Source: Acidobacteriota bacterium (GTDB lineage Bacteria > Acidobacteriota > Vicinamibacteria > Vicinamibacterales > CAVVIG01). From it: a stretch of DNA of 47,264 nt. Where the stretch lies: assembly GCA_023265105.1 (NCBI GenBank), contig JAHFUJ010000005.1, positions 1-47,264 of the forward strand. Direction: 5' to 3'. The notes under the pieces were generated by a model that was given only the letters and a program-made list of their open reading frames with translations, did not search any database and was not told the DNA's origin. Position numbers and translations under genes: made by a program. Positions 32,641 through 40,085 of the stretch are shown in pieces (the first letter of the stretch is position 1; every line of letters starts with the position of its first letter).

Positions 32641-32751
32641 TCGTGAGCCCGAGACGATGGTAGTGGAGCGCCGCGATCGCGCCGCCGATGGCGGCGGCGA
32701 TCGCCGTGGCGAAAGGAAGCGCCCGCTCTCGCAACGGTATAATCACCTGTT
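32641..32751. repeat. Right copy of 111-bp direct repeat (orphan 5' remnant encoding MIIPLRERALPFATAIAAAIGGAIAALHYHRLGL)
   Basis: See 30973-31083. Downstream of the repeat the reading frame degenerates into Arg/Ala-rich nonsense (track ORF 32078..32746). Confidence 0.95.
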
Positions 32752-32757
32752 TATTCT

Positions 32758-33357
32758 ATGGGCAGATTCGTCGACCGGGTTCAAACGCTCGCCCTCGCGC
32801 TCGGTGCCCCCGGACTCTTCCTCGTCACGTTCCTGGATTCTTCATTTTTCTCGCTGCCCGAAGTGGCCGATCTCCTGGTCATGTGGATGGTGATGCGGCA
32901 CAAGGCGCGGATGGTGCTCTACGTCGTCAGCGCGACACTCGGGTCAATCGTCGGCTGCCTCTTGCTGTATTTCCTCGGCCGTAAGGGGGGCGAGGCGCTC
33001 GTCCGCCGGCGCTTCAATTCGGCGAGCGTCGATAAAGCGATGGCCACGTTCCGGCGGTACGGGATCATGGCGGTCCTGATTCCCTCCATCCTCCCGCCGC
33101 CCACTCCCTTCAAGATTTTCGTGATCCTCGCCGGTCTCGCCGGCATCAACGCCACGCGCTTCACGACGGCGATTGTCGTCGGTCGCGGCACCCGCTACCT
33201 GGTCGAAGGGTTGCTCGCCGCCTGGTACGGCGATCGCGCGATGGCGTTCATGCGCACGCACGGCACGACGGTGTCGCTCGTGGTGGTCGGGCTGCTCACC
33301 CTGGGCTTGGCCGGCTACGTCCTGTCGGGCAAAGCGCGGACGGGAAAGGGCCGATAA
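32758..33357 (+). CDS. DedA/YqaA-family (VTT domain) membrane protein
   Basis: FLVTFLDSSFFSLPEVADLLVMWMV, YFLGRKGGEALV and AVLIPSILPPPTPFKIFVILAG are typical of DedA/YqaA. Confidence 0.85.
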   Translation: MGRFVDRVQTLALALGAPGLFLVTFLDSSFFSLPEVADLLVMWMVMRHKARMVLYVVSATLGSIVGCLLLYFLGRKGGEALVRRRFNSASVDKAMATFRRYGIMAVLIPSILPPPTPFKIFVILAGLAGINATRFTTAIVVGRGTRYLVEGLLAAWYGDRAMAFMRTHGTTVSLVVVGLLTLGLAGYVLSGKARTGKGR

Positions 33358-33373
33358 AGTCGCGTATCATGGG

Positions 33374-33466
33374 GTCCGGCTGACCTGTCCGCCGAAGCTT
33401 CTGCGAAGGCGGGAAGCCGGGCGCCACGTACAGATCACGGTCCGGCTGAAGCCGGACACTACGTAC
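33374..33466 (+). repeat. Two GTCCGGC-hairpin/ACGTAC elements, the first with a second hairpin nested in its loop
   Basis: The first element is gtccggct[gacctgtccgccgaagcttctgcgaaggcggga]agccgggc gccacgtac. An intact copy, gtccggctgaagccggac actacgtac, lies at 33440-33466. CGTAC(TGAGC) debris follows to ~33500. Confidence 0.85.
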
Positions 33467-33505
33467 TGAGCACGACGTACTGAGCGCCGCGTACCGACCG
33501 TACCG

Positions 33506-34483
33506 ATGAACCCAGAACTCACGATTGTCATTCCGATCCGCAACGAGGCGCCCGCGCTGCAGGAGCTCCATCGGGAACTGACCGCGACGCTTGCGGCGTG
33601 GGGACGGTTGTACGAGATCATCATCGTCGACGATGGGAGTACCGACGAGAGCTTCGACATCCTCACGCGGCTGCAGGCGGCCGATCCGCGACTGCGGGTC
33701 ATCCGCTTCCGCCGCAACTTCGGACAGACCGCGGCGTTCGCCGCCGGCTTCGATCACGCGCGCGGCCGGCTGATCGTCACCTCTGATGGCGACCTCCAGA
33801 ACGATCCGCGCGACATCCCCGCGATGGTCGACGCCCTCGAGCGCGGCGCCGACATCGTGTGCGGCTGGCGGAAGGATCGGAAGGACACGTGGCTGTCGCG
33901 ACGACTGCCGTCGACAATCGCCAACCGGCTGATCTCGGTGGCCACCGGCGTTCGCCTGCACGATTACGGCTGCTCGCTGAAAGTGTTTCGCGCCGACGTC
34001 GTCAAGCCGCTGAAGCTCTACGGCGAGATGCATCGGTTCCTGCCGGCGATTGCGAGCGAGCAGGGCGTCGCCATCGCGGAGGTCGTCGTCAATCACCGCC
34101 CGCGCCGGCACGGCCGATCGAAATACGGCATCGGGCGGACGGTGCGCGTCCTGCTCGATTTGCTGACGGTCAAGTTCCTGCTGAGCTACTCGACGCGGCC
34201 GCTGCAGATCTTCGGCCTGATTGGCTCGGCGATGGGGCTGCTTGGGACCGGGATTACCGGATGGCTCGCGTACGTGCGGTTGACGGGGCAGGAATCGATC
34301 GCCAACCGGCCGCTGCTGCTGTTTGGCATCCTGCTGGTGTTCACCGGCGTCCAACTGGTGACGCTGGGCCTGCTGGCGGAGCTCATCGCGCGCACGTACC
34401 ACGAATCGCAGGACAAGCCCACGTACGTGATTCGCGAAATCCTGCAGGCGCCGGCGCCGGAACGCGCCGTGGCTGGCCGATAG
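33506..34483 (+). CDS. GT2 polyprenyl-phosphate glycosyltransferase (GtrB/ArnC/DPM1-like)
   Basis: IVIPIRNE, IIIVDDGSTDES, FRRNFGQTAA and TSDGDLQNDP are present, plus two C-terminal TM helices (LQIFGLIGSAMGLLG, LLLFGILLVFTGVQLVTLGLLAE). Confidence 0.9.
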   Translation: MNPELTIVIPIRNEAPALQELHRELTATLAAWGRLYEIIIVDDGSTDESFDILTRLQAADPRLRVIRFRRNFGQTAAFAAGFDHARGRLIVTSDGDLQNDPRDIPAMVDALERGADIVCGWRKDRKDTWLSRRLPSTIANRLISVATGVRLHDYGCSLKVFRADVVKPLKLYGEMHRFLPAIASEQGVAIAEVVVNHRPRRHGRSKYGIGRTVRVLLDLLTVKFLLSYSTRPLQIFGLIGSAMGLLGTGITGWLAYVRLTGQESIANRPLLLFGILLVFTGVQLVTLGLLAELIARTYHESQDKPTYVIREILQAPAPERAVAGR

Positions 34484-34486
34484 TAC

Positions 34487-34515
34487 TTGACGACAAGATC
34501 AGAAAACCGTATTCT
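34487..34515 (+). promoter_or_regulatory. Candidate promoter TTGACG-17 nt-TATTCT upstream of lipoprotein gene
   Basis: ttgacg acaagatcagaaaaccg tattct. It lies about 140 nt upstream of ATG 34657. Confidence 0.35.
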
Positions 34516-34656
34516 TTGAGTTCCTTCACGGCCGCCGGCAAGCTTCCCAGCCTTTGTCGCGGCTCACTTTTGTCAGGTGTTTTGCGCAAGTTGAAATATC
34601 GACGTGCGAAGTGTGTCGCGACGCCGTTAACCCGATCTCGTTGGTGGCAGGAGCCC

Positions 34657-35973
34657 ATGACGCTGAAATCTTTGACTGTGGTGAGCGCGCTTGCACTGCT
34701 CGTGATGGCCGCCGCGTGCGAAAAGAGTCCCACGCGGCCTTCGATCACCGAGACGAAGTCCGTCGCTGAGGCGGCGGTCACCGATGCGACGTCGGTCGCC
34801 GAGAAGAGCGGCGTGTCGTTGACAACGCCGACGCCCGTCTCGCCCGCCGACGGCGCGCAGATGACGTTCGCGAGCCAGCCGGCGAGGTTGGTGGTCGGCA
34901 ACGGCGTGACGACCGGATCGACCGCGCTCACGTATACGTTCGAGGTCGCGAGCGATTCGGGTTTCGCCAACAAGGTCTACACGAAAGACGGCGTGGCGGA
35001 AGGCGGCGGCGGCCAGACGAGCCTGACGATCGACAGGCTGACCGGCGCCAGGACGTACTTCTGGCACGCGCGGTCCAATAGCGGGACCACGCAAGGTCTG
35101 TTCTCGACGGCGCGGAGCTTTACGGTCGGACCGGAAGTCGTCCTGGGAACGCCGGTGCTTGCTTCGCCCGGCGCCAACGCGACGGTGAGCGGGCAGCCCT
35201 CGCTGACGGTCAACAACGTGACCAGGACCGGTCCGGCCGGCCAGATTGTTTATCGCTTCGAGGTCAGCACCTCGTCGTCGTTCGCATCACTTGCGTTTGT
35301 GCAGACGGTCAACGAGCAGTCCGGCGCATCGACGTCGGTGACGGTGAGCGCAACCCTCACCGACAGAGCGACGTACTTTTGGCGCGTCCAGGCGAGCGAT
35401 CCGTCGAACGCCGTCACGACCGCCTTTTCGGGCGCGAATTCCTTCGTCGTCCAGCTGTTCAGCATGAGGGATGCGTTCATTCACGACAACCCGCCCGACC
35501 TCGGCTTTTGGCCCGAGACGGCGAAGATTACGAGCATCGTCTTTACGCCGGGCTCCTTTGAAGTCGATTTCGATCGGCGAACGGGACCAAACCGTTGGCT
35601 CGATGTGCCCTTCGGCACCGGGGACCTCCAGTACACGCTAGGGATCTGTCTTAATTTCGGCGGGGCGTGGCACTGCTCAGCCGTCGTCCAGTTTTGGTTC
35701 GGCCGCAACTTGGGTGACTCCGCCCCGCCAACGGATATCGCCTTGGAATGGTTTTACGACGCGCGTTGGGGGGCGTTGAACGGCCATCAGCCTGTTCCCG
35801 GTGAAATCGTCGGCATCTTCGTCGCGGCCGGCAATCTGCGCGATGCCAGCTACATTCAGGCGACGTGCCCACGGATCTGCGAACGGTCGAACGTCGCGCT
35901 CGTCCCGTGGTCGTTCGGCGGGGTCACCTATACGTTTTCGGGGGATCGTCTGCAGCTCTCGAGCCGACGGTAG
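34657..35973 (+). CDS. Lipoprotein, two beta-sandwich modules plus unassigned ~190-aa C-terminal domain (paralog A)
   Basis: The GGCAGGAG RBS and lipobox LLVMAAAC are present. Repeated modules read YTFEVASDSGFANKV...TYFWHARS and YRFEVSTSSSFASL...TYFWRVQASD. The C-terminal motifs WPETAKIT, YDARWG, QPVPGEIVGIFVAAGN and ERSNV are shared with 37610-38956. Confidence 0.8.
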   Translation: MTLKSLTVVSALALLVMAAACEKSPTRPSITETKSVAEAAVTDATSVAEKSGVSLTTPTPVSPADGAQMTFASQPARLVVGNGVTTGSTALTYTFEVASDSGFANKVYTKDGVAEGGGGQTSLTIDRLTGARTYFWHARSNSGTTQGLFSTARSFTVGPEVVLGTPVLASPGANATVSGQPSLTVNNVTRTGPAGQIVYRFEVSTSSSFASLAFVQTVNEQSGASTSVTVSATLTDRATYFWRVQASDPSNAVTTAFSGANSFVVQLFSMRDAFIHDNPPDLGFWPETAKITSIVFTPGSFEVDFDRRTGPNRWLDVPFGTGDLQYTLGICLNFGGAWHCSAVVQFWFGRNLGDSAPPTDIALEWFYDARWGALNGHQPVPGEIVGIFVAAGNLRDASYIQATCPRICERSNVALVPWSFGGVTYTFSGDRLQLSSRR

Positions 35974-36026
35974 CTCTCGCCTCGAAGGGGCGACGTGAGC
36001 AGACGCTGATAGGCGCAAGATAACAA

Positions 36027-37538
36027 GTGACGACGTCTCAGAGGCTGGCGCGGGCGACAGACGCCCGGGTCGGCCTCTTTGTTTTTTCGGTCGCGATCGC
36101 GATTGCGGTGTACGCCGCGCGGCCGACCAGGCTGCCGACGACCGGCGATGAACCGCACTACCTGATCATGGCCGACGGTCTGGTCCACGACCTGACGTTT
36201 GACGTCCGAAACGCCTACAGCCGCGAGTCGCAAACGCGGCAGCTCCACGGCGCGCCGCTCGATCCGCACGTGGTCATCGTCAACCATCGATGGGCACCGT
36301 ATCACGCACCGGGTCTTGCGATCCTTTTGGCCGTCCCATTTCTTGCTGGCGGGGTCGCCGGCGCGAAGATCGCGCTGTGCTTGGCCGCAGGCCTGCTGCC
36401 GCTGTCACTTGTCGGCTGGTTCGACCGAAGGATGCCGCATGCAACGGCCGTCTGGCTGACCGTCGGCGTCATAGTCGCGCTGCCGTTTTGCTTTGGGGCG
36501 TCGCAGGTGTATCCGGATCTCGTTGCCGGCGTCGCGTCGATCGCGCTCGCGCTGTGGCTCGTCGAACGTGGGTCCCGCAGTCGACAGCGGATGGCCTGGT
36601 TTCTGTTCTGGACCGGCGCCGGCGCGCTTGCATGGCTCAACGTCAAATTTCTGCTGACGACAATTGTCCTCGCGGCCGGCGGCGTGGTGACCGCGATGAA
36701 CGCGGAGCGCGCCGAGCGCGCGGCGGAAACAGGCTCTGCGGGCTCAGCGGCCTCTAGTGCACGCGGATTTCCGCAGCGAGGCACCAGGTTGAGCGTCGTC
36801 CGACGCGCCATCGTCGGCTGTGGGCTCGTGGCGATCGGTCCTGCCTCGCTTGCGGCGTTCCACATCTGGGGCGTCGGATCGCCGTTCGGCCCGCGCGGCG
36901 GAGCGGAATTGGCGACCTCGTTTTCGCGCGCCGCGATGATGTTCCTGGGTCTGCACCTCGACCAGAGTCAGGGTCTGTTCGTGCAACATCCGCTGATGCT
37001 GGCCGGCATCGCGGCGTGGCCGGCGTTCGCGCGGCTTCGGCCGCGCGCGGCCGCCTTCTGGCTTGCGTTGTACGCATCGCTCATCGTCCCCAACTCGCTC
37101 GAGCTCGCGCGCTTCGGCGGGGGAGGACCGGTCGGCCGATTTGCCTGGTCGGCGCTCTGGCTTTGGGCGATGCCGATAGGGGTCGTCGTCGGCGAGTATC
37201 ACGACGCCATCGGTCGGTGGGTGAAGCCGGCCGTGCTTGCGTCGCTCGTCTACCAAGCGCTGCTGGCCGTCCGGTGGCTGCCGGACCTCGGGGTGCTGTT
37301 TCCGCGGCTCGAGGAGCACCTTTCGGCGAGGGACAGCTTGTTTCCGGTCGGAGCTCGATCCGCGCTGCCCTCGTTCTACTTCTGGGACTTTTCGAGTTAC
37401 TGGACCTATCCGCCAAATGTTGTGGCGTACTTGGCCGTTGGTGCGCTCGTCGTCGTGGGTGTGTGGCTGAGCGGTTTGGGCCGCCCGCCGGCGCCGTGGT
37501 ATCATAAAGATCTGCTGCAGGCACGGCGTCCAGAGTAA
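36027..37538 (+). CDS. Polytopic membrane protein, GT-C-fold glycosyltransferase-like
   Basis: GTG start. TM1 is followed by the loop TTGDEPHYLIMADGLVHDLTFDV (acidic DE motif in the first loop), then more than 10 TM segments. 503 aa. Confidence 0.75.
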   Translation: MTTSQRLARATDARVGLFVFSVAIAIAVYAARPTRLPTTGDEPHYLIMADGLVHDLTFDVRNAYSRESQTRQLHGAPLDPHVVIVNHRWAPYHAPGLAILLAVPFLAGGVAGAKIALCLAAGLLPLSLVGWFDRRMPHATAVWLTVGVIVALPFCFGASQVYPDLVAGVASIALALWLVERGSRSRQRMAWFLFWTGAGALAWLNVKFLLTTIVLAAGGVVTAMNAERAERAAETGSAGSAASSARGFPQRGTRLSVVRRAIVGCGLVAIGPASLAAFHIWGVGSPFGPRGGAELATSFSRAAMMFLGLHLDQSQGLFVQHPLMLAGIAAWPAFARLRPRAAAFWLALYASLIVPNSLELARFGGGGPVGRFAWSALWLWAMPIGVVVGEYHDAIGRWVKPAVLASLVYQALLAVRWLPDLGVLFPRLEEHLSARDSLFPVGARSALPSFYFWDFSSYWTYPPNVVAYLAVGALVVVGVWLSGLGRPPAPWYHKDLLQARRPE

Positions 37539-37609
37539 TTCCGTCCAGGCCCCCAGCCCTGGGTGACACTGCACTTCTCGGTTTTTCGGTCCGATACAAA
37601 CGGTTGCGT

Positions 37610-38956
37610 ATGTCCAGATCTCTGCGTTCCGCGGTCGGTGCGCTTGCCGCGATGTGCGCGCTCAGCGCGTGCGAGTCGGCGAAGAGCTCGAATCCGTTGA
37701 GCCCGACGGTTGCCGGTCCGATTCCCGGCGTCAATATCACTGCGCCGACAACGGTCGATCCGGCGATGGGCGCGAGAATCGCCGTCGACAAGCAGCCGCT
37801 CACGCTGACGGTCCAGAACGCCTCGACGTCCGGCGTGAGGCCGCTTAATTATGTCTTCGAAGTCGCGACCGACGTCGACTTCAACAGCAAGGTGTTCGTG
37901 CGCGAGAGCATCGCGCCGGGCGACGGTGGACGCACGAGCTTGCGCCTGCCGGATCCGCTCGCCACGGGCCGGACGTACTACTGGCGCTCACGCGCGCAGG
38001 ACGGCGCCAACACCGGCCCGTATTCGGGGGCCGCGAATTTCAACGTCTTCACGCCGATCGTGATCGACGCGCCGGTGCTCCTGGCGCCGATCAACAACGT
38101 GAGGACCGATAATCTGCATCCGACGTTCCAATTCACCAACGCGCCGCGCTCTGGGCCTGTCGGCGAGATCGGCTACGTGATCGAGCTCTCAGACGCCGAC
38201 AGCTTCGCCAACAAGCTGGCCATCTGGACGGTCGGCGAGCAGCCGAATCAGACGTCGCTCGCCTCGCCGCAGGATCTGTCGCCCAACAAACAGTATTTCT
38301 GGCACGTGCGCGCGTACGATCCGACGACAACCGGCCCCTTTTCGGCGACACAAGTGTTTCAAACGCCGGCTCCGGTTGTGGTGGCGCCACCACCTCCACC
38401 CGGCGGCGGCGGTGGCGGTGGCGGGGGAGGTCCGGCGCCGAACGACGCGATCAATCTGAGCTCCGCCGGGGTGTACAACTCGCCCGGCGACATTGCGAGC
38501 TGGCCCGCGACGGCGACGATCACGCGGCTCGACATGTCGAGCTCGGCCGGGCTCTCTTTCGAGTTCACGACCAAGCAGAGCTGGCCCGACTACACGCCGC
38601 CGGGATGGGACGGCCCGATCGAGTACACCGTTTGGGCGGTGGTGAATGTCAACGGCCGATGGTACACGTCGGGATTCATCCAGATGTGGCGGAGCCGTGC
38701 GAGCACAGGCGCCCCCATCCTGTCGGACTTCGCGAGGAACTGGGCGTATGACTCGCGCTGGGGACCGATGATGGGCTATCAGCCGCACGCTGGCGAGCAG
38801 ATGGGGTTCTTCGTGTCGGCGGGCAATGCGCGCGGCGAAGGCGCCGTGACCTCCCGCCGAGAACGGTCGAACGTGGTGAGCGTCGCGTTGCCCGCGGGCG
38901 ACAACGGCAGCTTCCCCTTCTCGTTGTCGAGCTTGCCATTCTTCACGCTCCGATAG
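37610..38956 (+). CDS. Lipoprotein, two beta-sandwich modules, Pro/Gly linker, unassigned C-terminal domain (paralog B)
   Basis: The lipobox is AMCALSAC. Modules read YVFEVATDVDFNSKV...TYYWRSRAQD and YVIELSDADSFANKL...QYFWHVRAYD. The linker is PPPPPGGGGGGGGGGP. The C-terminal motifs are WPATATIT, YDSRWG, QPHAGEQMGFFVSAGN and ERSNV. Confidence 0.8.
   Translation: MSRSLRSAVGALAAMCALSACESAKSSNPLSPTVAGPIPGVNITAPTTVDPAMGARIAVDKQPLTLTVQNASTSGVRPLNYVFEVATDVDFNSKVFVRESIAPGDGGRTSLRLPDPLATGRTYYWRSRAQDGANTGPYSGAANFNVFTPIVIDAPVLLAPINNVRTDNLHPTFQFTNAPRSGPVGEIGYVIELSDADSFANKLAIWTVGEQPNQTSLASPQDLSPNKQYFWHVRAYDPTTTGPFSATQVFQTPAPVVVAPPPPPGGGGGGGGGGPAPNDAINLSSAGVYNSPGDIASWPATATITRLDMSSSAGLSFEFTTKQSWPDYTPPGWDGPIEYTVWAVVNVNGRWYTSGFIQMWRSRASTGAPILSDFARNWAYDSRWGPMMGYQPHAGEQMGFFVSAGNARGEGAVTSRRERSNVVSVALPAGDNGSFPFSLSSLPFFTLR
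38387..38431 (+). repeat. Simple CCN/GGN tract encoding P5G10
   Basis: ccaccacctccaccc ggcggcggcggtggcggtggcgggggaggt. Confidence 0.9.
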
Positions 38957-39035
38957 TTGAACGGGCGGGACGCGCGAATCGTCTCGGGCCTCGCCTTGAC
39001 CCTGTTCGCGCGCCGACGTTAGTGTGTTCTGAGGC

Positions 39036-40085
39036 TTGCCCCGCACATTTCGCTCTCTTCGCTCGGACCTGGCTGCACTCGTGGCCGCCCTTCTGCTCCC
39101 CGCGTGCGGCGGTAGCCCGTCTCAACCCACGCCCACGCCTCCGCCACCGGTTGTGCCCGATCCGCCGAAGATTTCGTGTCCGGCGCCCGTCAGTGTGCCC
39201 TCGCCAAATGGGCAGCCGGTCCCTGCCGTGTACGGCGCCACGACGACGTCGTTAGGTGCGCCGCCGGTGACGACCGAGTGCACGCCGGCAAGCGGCTCGA
39301 CCTTCCCGGTGGGCACGACGACCGTGACGTGCACGGCGACCGATGCGAGGCAGCGCACCGACTCGTGCGCGTTCACGGTGACGGTCACGCCGCCACCGCG
39401 CATCAGCCTGACCCGGTTCCTCGCCTTTGGCGACAGCATGACGGCGGGCGAGGTTGTCGACCTGAACAGCTTCCGCGGTTTGGCGGTTCGCGACGATTTG
39501 TCGTATCCGACCGACCTGCGCATTACGCTGGCGAGTCGCTACACGGCGCAGACGACGACCGTCGTCAACGGCGGCCGCTCGGCCGAGGCCATCGTCAACG
39601 ACCGCGCCCCGTCGCGATTGTCGAGTTACCTGGCGACGCGCCAGTACGACGTCGTGGTGATTCTCGAGGGCGCGAATGACATCGGCAGCCGCGACTCTCG
39701 GGACATTCCCCCGGCCATCAATGGACTGCGGACGATGGTTCGTGACGCGGCGAGCCGCGGCGTGCGGCCGTTCCTCGGCACGCTGCCGCCCGAGAATCCC
39801 AACGGCTGCTGTCCCAACCGCGGGCTGGCGTGGTCGCTTGTCGAGCCGTTCAATGCGCAGCTCAAGGCGATGGCCTCGGCCGAAAACGTGCCGGTCGCTG
39901 ACGTGTTTCAGGCGTTCAGCGGCGATTTCTCGCTGCTCGGCAGCGATGGGCTGCATCCGAACGCTGCCGGCTACCAGAGGATTGCGGACACCTTCTTCCT
40001 CGTCATCAAGCAGAACCTCGAGCTGCCGCCGACGGCGAGTCTCACGGGGTCGCTGCCGTTCTTCGCCTTGCCTCGCCGACGATGA
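39036..40085 (+). CDS. Lipoprotein with HYR-like Ig domain and SGNH/GDSL hydrolase domain
   Basis: TTG start. The lipobox is LLLPACGG, followed by a Pro-rich linker. ISCPAPVSV...GTTTVTCTATDARQRTDSCAFTVTV resembles HYR. SGNH blocks FLAFGDSMTAG, ILEGANDIG and GLHPNAAGY are present. Confidence 0.8.
   Translation: MPRTFRSLRSDLAALVAALLLPACGGSPSQPTPTPPPPVVPDPPKISCPAPVSVPSPNGQPVPAVYGATTTSLGAPPVTTECTPASGSTFPVGTTTVTCTATDARQRTDSCAFTVTVTPPPRISLTRFLAFGDSMTAGEVVDLNSFRGLAVRDDLSYPTDLRITLASRYTAQTTTVVNGGRSAEAIVNDRAPSRLSSYLATRQYDVVVILEGANDIGSRDSRDIPPAINGLRTMVRDAASRGVRPFLGTLPPENPNGCCPNRGLAWSLVEPFNAQLKAMASAENVPVADVFQAFSGDFSLLGSDGLHPNAAGYQRIADTFFLVIKQNLELPPTASLTGSLPFFALPRRR

Noticed and set aside
32078-32746. 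222-aa minus ORF starting MIIPLRERALPFATAIAAAIGG
   Set aside because: Only the first ~35 codons, the duplicated 111-bp repeat, are meaningful. The remainder is Arg/Ala/Gly-rich nonsense crossing better small ORFs. It is interpreted as an orphan 5' remnant, not a gene.
33859-34656. 5' extension of the 704-aa ORF 33859..35973
   Set aside because: It overlaps the GT2 gene out of frame and is Arg/Ala-rich. A good RBS and a lipoprotein signal begin at ATG 34657.
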